A stretch of DNA of 64,000 nt from an uncultured Verrucomicrobiae bacterium (GCA_963801815.1 CAWDGJ010000006.1:94416-158415); one strand, 5' to 3'; positions 1 to 10,134 are shown, counted from the stretch's first letter. A program made the numbers and translations. Notes: generated from the sequence alone by a model not told the origin.

Positions 1-555
1 ACAACCGCGTGGCAGGCGCTTATTGACACAGCGAAGATCGACAAGGGGCAAACGGTCCTGATTCACGGTGGCTCGGGCGGCGTCGGTAGTTTCGCGATCC
101 AAATTGCGAAGGCACGCGGCACGAAGGTGATTGCGACGGCCTCAACGGCGCACCAGGAGTTGCTTAAGCAGCTGGGAGTCGATCAGGCGATCGATTACAC
201 GACCACGAAATTCGAGGACGTGGTGAAAGATGTGGATGTTGTTCTCAATTGCGTTCGCGCCGATGCGCTTGGTCGTTCCTATGGCGTGGTGAAAAAAGGC
301 GGCATCATTGTCTCGATCACGGATGAGCCTGATCAAAATGAATGTACCAAACATGGAATCCGCGGCACTCGAATGGGCGCACATCCGGATTCGAAGGTCC
401 TCAACGAGCTCACGACACTGATCGAGGCGGGAAAGATGAAATCGATCGTTTCACAGACTTTCCCTTTAGCCGACGCCAGCAAAGCTCACCAGCAAGTCGA
501 GACCCATCACACGCTCGGCAAAGTTGTTTTGAAGGTCGCGGATGAAAATAAATAG
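1..555 (+). CDS. NADP-dependent oxidoreductase (MDR/quinone oxidoreductase family), 5'-truncated by the window edge
   Basis: Frame open from base 1 (TTAWQAL...VLIHGGSGGVG); paralogous to the next gene. Confidence 0.85.
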   Translation, partial: TTAWQALIDTAKIDKGQTVLIHGGSGGVGSFAIQIAKARGTKVIATASTAHQELLKQLGVDQAIDYTTTKFEDVVKDVDVVLNCVRADALGRSYGVVKKGGIIVSITDEPDQNECTKHGIRGTRMGAHPDSKVLNELTTLIEAGKMKSIVSQTFPLADASKAHQQVETHHTLGKVVLKVADENK

Positions 556-567
556 CCGAACTAAATT

Positions 568-1581
568 ATGAATCCAAGAATTGCTCTTGTTTCTGCGATG
601 GTGGCATTTGCCACCACGTTTGCTGACTCGGCAACGATGAAAGCGATCGTCGCTCACGAATATGGTGGTCCTGAGGTCTTAAAACTTGAAGACATGCCGG
701 TCCCGACGCCGAAAGAGGACGAGATGCTGGTCAAAGTCTTTGCCGCGGGTGTGAATTCGTTCGATGGAGTAATGCGGTCGGGTAAGTACGCAAAGCCCAA
801 CGGCACGCAACTGCCGTGGCATCCCGGCTACGACATCGCCGGTGTGATCGAAAAAGTCGGCGCCAAAGTTACTAAGTTTAAAGTGGGCGACCCTGTTTAC
901 GCTTTCATCGCCATTCTGAAAGGCGGCGGCTACGCGGAATATGCGCTGGCCAAAGAAACTGACGCGGCCTTAAAGCCGTCGACGATTAGCTTTGTAGAGG
1001 CGGCCGGCGCGCCAAGTGTCGCATTGACTGCCTGGCAGGCGATCGTTGATAAGGCGAACCTTCAACCCGGCCAGACGGTGCTGATTCACGGAGCCTCCGG
1101 CGGCGTGGGATTGTTCGCGATTCCGATTGCAAAAGTTCGGGGCGCTAAAGTTTTCGCAACTGCTTCGACCGCCAATCAGGACTTTCTAAAGGAACTCGGA
1201 GCGGACGTTGCCATCGATTACAAGACACAGAAATTCGAGGACATTGCCAAGGATGTCGATGTCGTGATCGATGGCGTTGGCGGTGAAACGCTGGCGCGGT
1301 CGTATCCGATCGTGAAAAAAGGCGGAATCATTGTCTCGCTGACTGACCGCGTCGATCAGGCGCAGCTGAACAAGTATGGAATTCGCGGCGCGTCTCTGGA
1401 GGTCCAGAACAACGGCGATGAGCTTGCCCAGATCGGGAAGCTAATCGATGAAAAGAAAATCAAGGTCATCGTTTCCGAAACTTTTCCGCTCGCGGACGCA
1501 AACAAAGCGGAGACGAAAGCGGATACGGGTCATGCTCGCGGGAAAATCGTTTTGAAAATCGCTGACGAACCAAAATCCTGA
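568..1581 (+). CDS. NADP-dependent oxidoreductase (MDR family) with N-terminal signal-like extension
   Basis: MKAIV..YGGPEVL, PGYDIAG, VLIHGASGGVG and GKIVL motifs. Confidence 0.9.
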   Translation: MNPRIALVSAMVAFATTFADSATMKAIVAHEYGGPEVLKLEDMPVPTPKEDEMLVKVFAAGVNSFDGVMRSGKYAKPNGTQLPWHPGYDIAGVIEKVGAKVTKFKVGDPVYAFIAILKGGGYAEYALAKETDAALKPSTISFVEAAGAPSVALTAWQAIVDKANLQPGQTVLIHGASGGVGLFAIPIAKVRGAKVFATASTANQDFLKELGADVAIDYKTQKFEDIAKDVDVVIDGVGGETLARSYPIVKKGGIIVSLTDRVDQAQLNKYGIRGASLEVQNNGDELAQIGKLIDEKKIKVIVSETFPLADANKAETKADTGHARGKIVLKIADEPKS

Positions 1582-1587
1582 GCCCAC

Positions 1588-2097
1588 ATGAATTGGGAAG
1601 CGATCAACGCCATTGCGCAGCTCGTGAGTTCGTTCGCGGTGGTCGCTTCTTTCTGGTATCTCGCGGTTCAAGTACATCGCAGCACGCGGATCGCCAGACT
1701 CTCCGCGCAAGACGCGGCGACGACGGCGTTACGGGACGTCACGCGTCCGTTTGCCGAAAATGCTGAGAACAATCGAATCTGGGTCACGGGCCTGGAAAAT
1801 CTCGACACGCTCTCTGCGGAAGATAAGGCGCGCTTCTTTCATTTCGCCTTCCAATTTTTGAAGGCCATGGAAACGATCCACTTTCACTACATTTACGGAT
1901 TGATGGATGAATCAATCTGGCGTGGGTGGGCCAATCTTTACCAACATTATCTCGCCACTCCCGGATTGGGATTTTACTGGAGCGTGCGGCAGAATCTTTT
2001 TTCAGAGCGTTTTCAGGAATTTGTGGCCGGATTCACTCGACCTGAAAGGCGACTGACCGTCGCGAACGTGCTCGGTCACGAAAAGATCGACAAATAG
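1588..2097 (+). CDS. hypothetical protein with N-terminal TM helix
   Basis: 169-aa ORF starting 6 nt after the previous stop; hydrophobic N-terminus. Confidence 0.7.
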   Translation: MNWEAINAIAQLVSSFAVVASFWYLAVQVHRSTRIARLSAQDAATTALRDVTRPFAENAENNRIWVTGLENLDTLSAEDKARFFHFAFQFLKAMETIHFHYIYGLMDESIWRGWANLYQHYLATPGLGFYWSVRQNLFSERFQEFVAGFTRPERRLTVANVLGHEKIDK

Positions 2098-2127
2098 CTG
2101 CGACCGCGGGCCGTGAAGTAACCGGTG

Positions 2128-2439
2128 CTAGTGCGCGAAGCGTCGCACCGAACCCTTGGCTTCGGATTTCGAAGAGGGCTTCCGGCGCGACTTGAGAAAA
2201 CCGGAGGTGCGGGTCGCGGTCGACGCACTCGTCTGAACCCGGACAGTGACACAGGCGTCGGCTGGATCGCCGCCGAACAAGCGCTCCCAATCGGCGCGGG
2301 CGGCCTGGCAAATTTGCCGGTAACGCAGGTCAAGCGCCTGACGTAAGCCGGCGACGATTTCTGCCTTCTCGCTCGCGCGGGTGAACACAGACTGTGCCTG
2401 CTGTTCGATGCTCATTACCTGGTCTTGAGCAGGAAACAC
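2128..2439 (-). CDS. hypothetical protein
   Basis: ORF only; fills the gap downstream of a minus-strand run. Confidence 0.4.
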   Translation of the reverse strand: MFPAQDQVMSIEQQAQSVFTRASEKAEIVAGLRQALDLRYRQICQAARADWERLFGGDPADACVTVRVQTSASTATRTSGFLKSRRKPSSKSEAKGSVRRFAH

Positions 2440-2635
2440 GCCCGGTTCAGAAGTCAGCGGTTCGCAGCGAGCGAGCTTTACGGCGGGACGCCGTGAGCTC
2501 TTTGCGAATCCGCCTAGGGAATCACGCCGCTCTGCGGCAAACTAAATCCAGGGAACAAAAAGATGAACTGGCGGGAGCGTAAGCCGGCGACTCGGTTTCG
2601 GTGGAAACCGAGCGGTCAGAGGCAGAGTTCAGGCG

Positions 2636-3037
2636 TCAGAAACCGCGTTCTGCGGGAACATCCTCGCCGACAAAGCGATATCGGGCGCGCGAGAGATTGC
2701 CGACATGCGTAATCGTCCCGGCGCGATAGACGTAACCGCGCAACTTTTGCGGGTCTCGTTTGCTGACAAAAATTCCGCCATCGCGCCAGGCATAGCTTTC
2801 CCGGATTTTACGCGGCGCTCGGTAGTAATAACCAATTTTATCGACCGCGTTTAGAGTGTAGACACCCGCTGGAAAATGCAGCGTCGCGATCTGCTTCTCG
2901 GAATAAAGTTCGAGATAACGCCTGGTTGGCGGTCCTTCACTAGGACTTATCAGTTGCGGGTGACTGCTGCCGGCGCACGCGGAAAGGAAGAGGGATGAAG
3001 TAAAAATTAAGAAAAGCTGAACGGAGCGCGGCGGCAT
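2636..3037 (-). CDS. hypothetical lipoprotein
   Basis: Hydrophobic leader ending in the lipobox LSAC. Confidence 0.65.
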   Translation of the reverse strand: MPPRSVQLFLIFTSSLFLSACAGSSHPQLISPSEGPPTRRYLELYSEKQIATLHFPAGVYTLNAVDKIGYYYRAPRKIRESYAWRDGGIFVSKRDPQKLRGYVYRAGTITHVGNLSRARYRFVGEDVPAERGF

Positions 3038-3056
3038 ACTTCTTACTTTTTGATTC

Positions 3057-4856
3057 TTACTTCTTACTTTCTTCAGTCGCTTTCTTAATTGAAGAATCGT
3101 CGTTCAATAAAATCCATTCGATGATCGAAAGCGGCAGACTGCCGTTCTTGATCAGATCGTCGTGAAATTGTCCGAGCCGGAAATTGTCACCTTGTTTATC
3201 TTTGTATTTGCCGAGCAAATTCATGATCTGCCATTTGCCTATGATGTAGCTGATTTTCTGGTGGGGACTCGCGGCTGCGCCGGCGGCTTCGCCTTCTGCT
3301 GCTTCGTGATCAAGCCCACCCGCGTCCATAAAATATTTTACCGCTTGCTCGAATGTCCATTTGCCGGTGTGCAGGTTCACGTCAACGCCAATGCGCGCAC
3401 CGCGATAACGTGACAATCGGAGAATTTGTCCCTGCGCCGCTGAATTGTCGGGATACAAACCTGTGCGCATCAACATTTCTTCGCCGTAAAGCGCCCAGCC
3501 TTCTATAAACACGCCGTCTTCATGCTGCCGGCGAATCTCATCGCTTAAATGGTTCGCGATCGAGAGTTGCATGAAGTGACCGGGAATTCCTTCGTGGCCC
3601 AGAATCGGACGCGGGTCTTCGATCGCCGCCCGAATGTAGAAATTTTTCGATTCGGGATTGTAGGTCGGAATAAAAAAGAATCCGGTAGGATCCTTGTCAT
3701 AAACGCCGGGCGGATTCATGAAACCGCCGGGGCTTGTTGGTTTGAACGCCTCCGGGAGCTGTCGAATTTCAAAACGGCCGAGGTAATCGGGTATCGTCAC
3801 GAGATTGTGTTCCTTCAGGAAATTGATCATTTCTGTCTCGCGACTTTCGTAGGCCTTCAAGAACGACGCCTGGTCAGCTGGAATATTCGCGGCGCGTTTT
3901 GGATCGGGATCGGCCAGTTTCGGGTCAGGCAGCAACGCTTCGAGCGCGCGATAACGCGCATTCTCAACCCGGCCGACTGTTTCCACTTCGCGCGCGTCGA
4001 GCGGCAAAAGCAAAACGTGTTTGAGATAGTAGTTGTAGTTCGCTTCGCCCATTGGCGCGAAATCCACCATCTTCGGCGCCCGTTTTTCGAGCTCGTCCGC
4101 GTAACCGTGGATCGCGGCCAGCGCGGCATCGCGAGCTTTAACGAGCTCCTCGTGCTCGTTTGGCGCAAGATCGACATCGAGCGCCATCAAACTCTGATTG
4201 AAAAGCGGATCGATCGATCGCGCGGATTGAATCGCAAGGTGGGCGTAGAGCTTCACCGGGTTCTGCAGGTTCGCGAGTCCCTGGTTCAGTATTGCCGGCA
4301 TTGCCTTGAGTCTTGCGGTCGCCGAAACCGCGCGTTTGCGCGGCGCGTCGTATTCTTTTTTCAACAGTGAAAAAATCGCGTTCGCGCATTCGTCCGCGTA
4401 GGTCTGTGGATTCGTGAATTCGAATTTCAGAACGCGATTCTGGAAATCAACGTTCTCCAGCTGCGCGCGGAAAAGAATCGCGTCGATCTGCTCGTCCTTC
4501 GGCCAGGTGTCGATCTTCATCGCGCGCACCTTTTCGAGAAGGCCGTGCACATGCTGCGCGCGCTCGGCGATTTTGGCCGGCGAATAATCCGCCAGCTTGT
4601 CGTCCCAGGTGTGCAAGCCGCGATCGCTGCTCGATACCGGGTTGTTTTCGTTTCTCCATCGGTAATAATCGTCCGCTAGTTTGTGCAAAGCCGCCGCGCC
4701 CATTACGTGGTCCTGGTTTGCATTCGTGAGCAAGGCTTTGTTGGAGATGTCAGGCTGTCGGCTCGGGGAGGGCTGTGCCTGGATTGCCGTTGAAACGCAA
4801 AGGACAATGACGCCGATAAAAAAGGTCTTCGATCTCACGATGTCGATCTTAACCAC
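3057..4856 (-). CDS. DUF885 family protein (secreted)
   Basis: HEGIPGHFMQ, EGWALYGE, RLGQFHD and GSLPL motifs. Confidence 0.9.
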   Translation of the reverse strand: MVKIDIVRSKTFFIGVIVLCVSTAIQAQPSPSRQPDISNKALLTNANQDHVMGAAALHKLADDYYRWRNENNPVSSSDRGLHTWDDKLADYSPAKIAERAQHVHGLLEKVRAMKIDTWPKDEQIDAILFRAQLENVDFQNRVLKFEFTNPQTYADECANAIFSLLKKEYDAPRKRAVSATARLKAMPAILNQGLANLQNPVKLYAHLAIQSARSIDPLFNQSLMALDVDLAPNEHEELVKARDAALAAIHGYADELEKRAPKMVDFAPMGEANYNYYLKHVLLLPLDAREVETVGRVENARYRALEALLPDPKLADPDPKRAANIPADQASFLKAYESRETEMINFLKEHNLVTIPDYLGRFEIRQLPEAFKPTSPGGFMNPPGVYDKDPTGFFFIPTYNPESKNFYIRAAIEDPRPILGHEGIPGHFMQLSIANHLSDEIRRQHEDGVFIEGWALYGEEMLMRTGLYPDNSAAQGQILRLSRYRGARIGVDVNLHTGKWTFEQAVKYFMDAGGLDHEAAEGEAAGAAASPHQKISYIIGKWQIMNLLGKYKDKQGDNFRLGQFHDDLIKNGSLPLSIIEWILLNDDSSIKKATEESKK

Positions 4857-4957
4857 TTCAAATTAACGCGGAAGCGGAATTTATCTTAAGTAGTGCGTCG
4901 TCTGGTTCCGATTGAAAGCGTTGTTGCTTTTTAGTGCATTCACGCTCATCGAAAGTC

Positions 4958-5665
4958 ATGAACGCGATCGATCAATCCAGTCGCAGACTGTTTCTCAAGA
5001 AAACCGGACTCATTCTCGCGGCGTCTGGCTTTGGCGCGCTTGATCCTTCCTTCGCCAAAGAAAAAGCGAAAGGGGAAAAGAATGAAGACGTTTCGCCGCC
5101 GGAAGATTTGATGCGCGAGCACGGTGTTCTTAAGCGGATCCTGCTCGTGTACGGCGAAGCGTTACGCCGGATGGATGCCAACGAAGATCTGCCACCGGAG
5201 CCGCTCGCCGACTCAGCCAGGATTATTCGCGAATTTGTCGAGGACTATCACGAGAAGCTGGAAGAGAATTTTCTTTTCCCGAGGTTCAGAAAAGCCAACA
5301 ACCTTGTCGATCTCGTTGACGTTCTTTTACAACAACATCAAGCCGGCCGGCGGTTGACCGACATCACCCTGCGGCTGGCGACGAATCAATCGCTCAAGAA
5401 CTCTGACGATCGTCGCGCGCTGGCCGATTCGATGCGTCAATTCATTCGCATGTATAGCCCGCATGAAGCGCGAGAGGATACGGTGTTGTTTCCAGCTTTT
5501 CGCGGGATCGTCAGTGGCCACGAGTTCGATTCGCTCGGCGAAGATTTCGAGAAAAAAGAAGATGAGCTTTTTGGCGAGGACGGCTTTTTCAAGGTTGTCG
5601 ATCGAGTGGCCGAGATTGAAAAGAAACTCGGCATTTACGATCTCGCGCAGTTCACACCGCGATAA
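4958..5665 (+). CDS. Tat-exported hemerythrin-domain protein
   Basis: SRRLFLK Tat motif; LMREHG, YHEKLEE and HEARED motifs. Confidence 0.85.
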   Translation: MNAIDQSSRRLFLKKTGLILAASGFGALDPSFAKEKAKGEKNEDVSPPEDLMREHGVLKRILLVYGEALRRMDANEDLPPEPLADSARIIREFVEDYHEKLEENFLFPRFRKANNLVDLVDVLLQQHQAGRRLTDITLRLATNQSLKNSDDRRALADSMRQFIRMYSPHEAREDTVLFPAFRGIVSGHEFDSLGEDFEKKEDELFGEDGFFKVVDRVAEIEKKLGIYDLAQFTPR

Positions 5666-5735
5666 ACTTTTGCTCACCGCTAAAGTAGCTCTGGACTGCG
5701 AATGATTTTCGCAAAGGTTGAGCTTCACTTCTAAA

Positions 5736-6917
5736 ATGAATGGCCGGGCCGCGACCACAACTCTTCCAGGATCGGCCGCCTTTCGGTTCGTCTTAATCCT
5801 TGGCATCGCGAATCTCTTCGCGGACATGACCTACGAGGGCGCGCGGAGCGTCACCGGACCATTCCTTGAAACGCTCGGGGCGAGTGCGGCCGTGGTCGGC
5901 ATTACCGCGGGCCTTGGCGAGCTTCTCGGCTACGCCCTGCGATCAGTCTCCGGCGTCATCAGCGATCGAACCGGTAAGTACTGGATCGTCACGATCGTCG
6001 GTTACATCATCAACATGCTGGCGGTTCCGGCGCTTGCGCTATCGGGTAACTGGCCACTCGCTGCGGGACTCATTGTGTCGGAGCGCACCGGTCGCGCGAT
6101 CCGAAAACCGGCCACCGAAGCGATGCTTTCTTTTGCCGGCAAACAGATCGGACGCGGCTGGGTTTTCGGTTTGAACGAAGCGCTTGATCAGGCAGGTGCG
6201 ACTATTGGCCCGCTTGTTGTTTCGTTCTCACTATTCGAACAACGTGGCTACCGGACGGCGTTTTCCTATCTTCTCGTGCCGGCGCTGTTGACCATCGCGA
6301 TTATTTTTCTGGCACGTTATTTCTTCCCGAGACCGCACGATCTTGAAGTAGCCGAAGAAATTCACACCGAACATTTTCAGCCGGCTTACTGGATTTACAT
6401 GGTCGCAGCCGCGTGTTTCGCGGCCGGATTCGCGGATTTTGCGTTGATCGCGTATCACTTTCAGAAAAGCGGGGTAATCGCCGCGGATGTCATTCCTATC
6501 TATTATGCCGTGGCAATGGCGATGGGCGCGGTAGCAGGATTGCTTTTAGGCAAGCTATTCGATCGCTTCGGGATCGCGATGCTGTTCATTGGGTTTTTGC
6601 TTTCGGCTTTTGCGCCGCCGTTGTTGTTTTTGGGCGGCGCAAGATTGGCGCTCGCTGGTATGATCCTCTGGGGGATTGGCATGGGTGCACAGGGCTCCCT
6701 GCTTAACGCGATCATCTCCGAATTGGTTCCATCGAATAAGCGCAGTACCGCGTTCGGTTTCTTCGACGCCGCATTTGGAATCGCTTGGTTTATCGGCAGC
6801 GCATCGATGGGAATTCTCTACGACAGATCAATTATCGCAGTGGTGACCGTTTCGGTGGTTCTCCAATTGGGTTCACTCCCGATCTTCTTCTTTGTAAACA
6901 AGGCGCGAGCAAACTGA
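5736..6917 (+). CDS. MFS transporter
   Basis: About 12 TM segments; ADMTYEGARS, SDRTG and GKLFDRFG motifs. Confidence 0.9.
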   Translation: MNGRAATTTLPGSAAFRFVLILGIANLFADMTYEGARSVTGPFLETLGASAAVVGITAGLGELLGYALRSVSGVISDRTGKYWIVTIVGYIINMLAVPALALSGNWPLAAGLIVSERTGRAIRKPATEAMLSFAGKQIGRGWVFGLNEALDQAGATIGPLVVSFSLFEQRGYRTAFSYLLVPALLTIAIIFLARYFFPRPHDLEVAEEIHTEHFQPAYWIYMVAAACFAAGFADFALIAYHFQKSGVIAADVIPIYYAVAMAMGAVAGLLLGKLFDRFGIAMLFIGFLLSAFAPPLLFLGGARLALAGMILWGIGMGAQGSLLNAIISELVPSNKRSTAFGFFDAAFGIAWFIGSASMGILYDRSIIAVVTVSVVLQLGSLPIFFFVNKARAN

Positions 6918-7613
6918 ATGAAGACGCTCGGCATGATCGGCGGCATCGGACCCGAGAGCACGATCGACTACTACAAGAATCTCATTGCGATATATCGCGA
7001 ACGAAAACCGGACGGTCATTATCCGCAATTCGTGATTAACAGCATCGACCTTCAGAAGGGGATCGATTTCCTGGAAGCGAACAATCTGCCGGGCATGGCA
7101 GATTTTCTTCTCGAAGAAATTGCGAAACTGCCACCCGCCGGCGCCGACTTTGGAATTATCGCCGCTAACACTCCGCACATCGTGTTCGACGAAGTGAAAG
7201 CAAAATCGCCAATTCCGTTCATCAGTATCGTCGAAGCAACTTGCGATTATGCAAAAGCGCGCAATTTGAAAAGGCTCGCGCTTTTCGGGACGCGTTACAC
7301 CATGCAGGCCGATTTTTATCAAAGGGTTTTCCGGCACGCAGGAATCGAACTCGTCGTGCCCTATCCGAAAGATCAGGATTACATCCACGAGAAATATTTC
7401 GCCGAGCTCGTCCCCGGAATCTTTTTGCCTGAAACGCGCGCCGGGTTGCTTGCGATCGTCGATCGAATGAAATCCGAGGCGGACATTGAGGGAGTTACGC
7501 TCGCGGGAACCGAGCTAGCGCTCATCCTTCGCGGCGAAAGCCACAACGGCGTCGCTTTGCTCGACACCGGCAAGATTCATTGTCAGGCTGCGGTGATCGA
7601 AATGCTCAAATGA
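6918..7613 (+). CDS. aspartate/glutamate racemase family protein (catalytic Cys absent)
   Basis: MKTLGMIGGIGPESTIDYY; ANTPH and AGTEL at the usual CNT/CTE positions. Confidence 0.85.
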   Translation: MKTLGMIGGIGPESTIDYYKNLIAIYRERKPDGHYPQFVINSIDLQKGIDFLEANNLPGMADFLLEEIAKLPPAGADFGIIAANTPHIVFDEVKAKSPIPFISIVEATCDYAKARNLKRLALFGTRYTMQADFYQRVFRHAGIELVVPYPKDQDYIHEKYFAELVPGIFLPETRAGLLAIVDRMKSEADIEGVTLAGTELALILRGESHNGVALLDTGKIHCQAAVIEMLK

Positions 7614-7999
7614 AACGCGTCATCGGCATTGGCGGAATTTTCTTCAAGGCGAACGATCCCAAGAAACTTGCGGCCTGGTATAAAGAGCATCTCGGACTTG
7701 CTGTCGAAGATTGGGGCGGCGCCAGTTTTCAGGAAGGCGCTGGCGCCGATCTCAAACCAAAACGCCAATCGCACCTCGTCTGGTCGCCGTTCGAAGCGAA
7801 CACCGATTATTTCAAGCCGAGCGACAAGCAGTTCATGATCAACTATCGCGTTCACGATCTCGACGCCGTTCTCGCCCAGCTCCGGAGCGAAGGTGTAGCG
7901 GTCGATCCCAAAACTGAAAAGTCCGAGTTCGGCTACTTTGGCTGGATCATGGATCCAGAAGGCAACCGTATTGAATTATGGGAGCCGCCTCAACAATGA
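7610..7999 (+). CDS. VOC/glyoxalase family protein
   Basis: GIGGIFFK...DPEGNRIELWEP. Confidence 0.9.
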   Translation: MKRVIGIGGIFFKANDPKKLAAWYKEHLGLAVEDWGGASFQEGAGADLKPKRQSHLVWSPFEANTDYFKPSDKQFMINYRVHDLDAVLAQLRSEGVAVDPKTEKSEFGYFGWIMDPEGNRIELWEPPQQ

Positions 8000-8664
8000 T
8001 AAGAGTTGTTTGTTGGCTTCTGGTTTTTTGTTCGATCGCAATGGCCCAACCTAAGACAGAGAAAATTCGTTACGCTGTAATCGGCGATTCGTATTCGTGC
8101 GGCGAAGGTGCGAAGCCTAGCGAGTCGTGGCCATCGTTGCTTACTCAGCATCTGAAAGCGCAAGGACTGGATATCGACCTGGTCTCTAACCCGTCAGTCA
8201 CCGGTTGGACAACGAAGGACGCGATCGATAAGGAGTTGCCGAAGTTCGTAAGTTCCAATCCTAACTTCGCGACATTGCTCATCGGCGTGAATGACTGGGT
8301 CCAAGGCGTGGATGATTTGGGTTTTCATAATCGGTTCAGTTATCTCGTCGATTCAATGCTGGCTGTGCTGCCGAACAAGAAGCGATTACTGGTGGTCACG
8401 ATTCCAGACTTCGGAGTAACTCCAACCGGTCCCAAGTATTCGCACGGCCGGAACATTCACGAAGGAATCATGCAGTTTAACAAAATCGTGACCGAAGAAG
8501 CGCACAAACGCGGGCTGGAGGTCGTCGATATTTTTCCGCTGAGCAAAAGAATGGGCGAAGACAAATCGCTTATTGCGAAGGACGGCCTTCATCCAACCGC
8601 CAAAGCCTACGCCGAATGGGAAAAACTTATTTTCCCGGCTGCCCTGGCGTTGCTGAAGCAGTAG
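7996..8664 (+). CDS. SGNH/GDSL hydrolase
   Basis: GDSY, GVND and DGLHP blocks; signal peptide. Confidence 0.9.
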   Translation: MIRVVCWLLVFCSIAMAQPKTEKIRYAVIGDSYSCGEGAKPSESWPSLLTQHLKAQGLDIDLVSNPSVTGWTTKDAIDKELPKFVSSNPNFATLLIGVNDWVQGVDDLGFHNRFSYLVDSMLAVLPNKKRLLVVTIPDFGVTPTGPKYSHGRNIHEGIMQFNKIVTEEAHKRGLEVVDIFPLSKRMGEDKSLIAKDGLHPTAKAYAEWEKLIFPAALALLKQ

Positions 8665-8670
8665 CTGATT

Positions 8671-8920
8671 TCAGAGACGCTTTTTTAGGAAGGCAGCGGC
8701 CAGAGGCAGATTTTAAGTAACGTTCGAAATTTCTACCCTGCGCTCCGTTCGAAAACGCAATATAGGTTTTCAGGCGCCACGGCCTCCATTTGGCGGTGTG
8801 TAGCACTTCGCCATTATTGTGACGAGCTAGTCTCTTCCGGAGATCGAGTGTAGAATCTGTGCGGAACCGTCTCGGGTCGGTCTCGCTTTGTAAGACGTAA
8901 ACATATGTAAAAATTTTCAT
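8671..8920 (-). CDS. small GIY-YIG nuclease family protein (degenerate second motif, probable 3' frameshift)
   Basis: YVYVLQS...DLRKRLARHN...RPWRL...FERYLKS. Confidence 0.7.
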
Positions 8921-8974
8921 TTCTGATGGCATGCCGAGTCGAAGCTCGCCGCGGCGATGTTGCAAGATGAAAAG

Positions 8975-9004
8975 CCCGCCTACGCCAACGCTACGGCGCG
9001 ACAG
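8975..9004. repeat. CCGCCTWCGCYAANGCTACGGCG-type short palindromic repeat
   Basis: Related copies at 9124-9153, 29029-29057 (reverse) and 34331-34357. Confidence 0.6.
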
Positions 9005-9037
9005 TGTACGCTCGTTGCTGACGCTGCGAGCGTAGAC

Positions 9038-9109
9038 TGGGCGGTGAGGGTTTCGAACCCCCGACCTCCTCGGTGTAAACGAGATGCTCTACCGCTGAGC
9101 TAACCGCCC
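9038..9109 (-). tRNA. tRNA-Val (TAC)
   Basis: GGGCGGT/ACCGCCC acceptor stem, D-arm AGCTCAGCGGTAGAGC, anticodon TAC, GGTTCGAAACC T-arm; CCA not encoded. Confidence 0.95.
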
Positions 9110-9248
9110 CTCGAGAATGTGATCCGCCTTCGCCAAGGCTACGGCGTGACAAGTAAGTGACGAGTGACCAGTGACCAGTCAAGGCAAAGCCCGCTATTTT
9201 CTTTGATCTCGTCTAAAAGATCGGTGATGAATGCGGCGCGGAGTCTGC

Positions 9249-9696
9249 ATGAAAGAACGCTACTATGAAGATTTGAAGGTTGGCGACCGATTTAAATCGG
9301 AAACCTACAAGGTCAGCGAAGAACAGATCATCGCGTTTGCGCGCGAGTTCGATCCGCAACCGTTTCATCTTGATCGCGCATTCGCGGACAAAACGATGTT
9401 TGAGGGGTTGATCACGAGCGGCTGGCATACCGCCGCGATTACAATGCGTTTGTTTGTGAAGACGTTGAACTTTGCCGGAGGCACAATCGGCCTCGGCGTC
9501 GATGAATTACGCTGGCCGAATGCAGTCAAGCCGGGCGATGAATTGCAGGTCGAGGTAGAGATTGTCCATCTTCGAGTGTCACGATCGAAGCCAACCCACG
9601 GAGTGGTGCGGCTCCATTATGTTACGACGAACCAGCGCGAGCGAGATTGTGCAGACCATGTTCGCGTCGGTGTTGATTTCACGCCGCAGCGACTAG
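9249..9696 (+). CDS. MaoC family dehydratase (frameshift near 9640)
   Basis: YYEDLKVG, FDPQPFHLD, SGWHTAA and PGDEL motifs. Confidence 0.85.
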
Positions 9697-9792
9697 GATC
9701 AGACTATAATGGCACTACTCCGAGTTTTTGCGCAAACTACTCCGTAAGTATCTCTTGCATTAGCTAGAACTGTAGTCTACGAAGAACGTCTT

Positions 9793-10134
9793 ATGGACTT
9801 ATCAACGCGAAACTTGGAACAAGCTTTATCGATTCGTCGCCAGATTGATGCATTGGAGAGACGATTCAGGGGACTGGTTGGGGGAATGGGCGGCGGCGCT
9901 TCGACGGCCGCGCCGCGTCGCGGAGGGAAGCGTCAAATGTCAGCAGCGGCCCGAGCGAAGATTGCGGCGGCAGCACGTGCACGCTGGGCGCGATTCCGGG
10001 CCGGTCGTGGCGGCGCCAAGGCGGCGAAGAAAGGCGGCAAACGCAAAGGCGGAATTACTGCTGCCGGTCGCAGACGTCTTTCGCAATTAATGAAGGCGCG
10101 TTGGGCAGCTAGAAGAAAAGCCAAGCGCAGATAG
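9793..10134 (+). CDS. small highly basic protein, putative DNA-binding
   Basis: Coiled-coil N-terminus plus two MSAAAR/ITAAGR...ARWA repeats; Arg/Lys/Ala-rich. Confidence 0.75.
   Translation: MDLSTRNLEQALSIRRQIDALERRFRGLVGGMGGGASTAAPRRGGKRQMSAAARAKIAAAARARWARFRAGRGGAKAAKKGGKRKGGITAAGRRRLSQLMKARWAARRKAKRR

Noticed and set aside
2342..2591. 14-bp direct repeat CGTAAGCCGGCGAC (2342 and 2578)
   Set aside because: Only two short copies with no associated element or structure.
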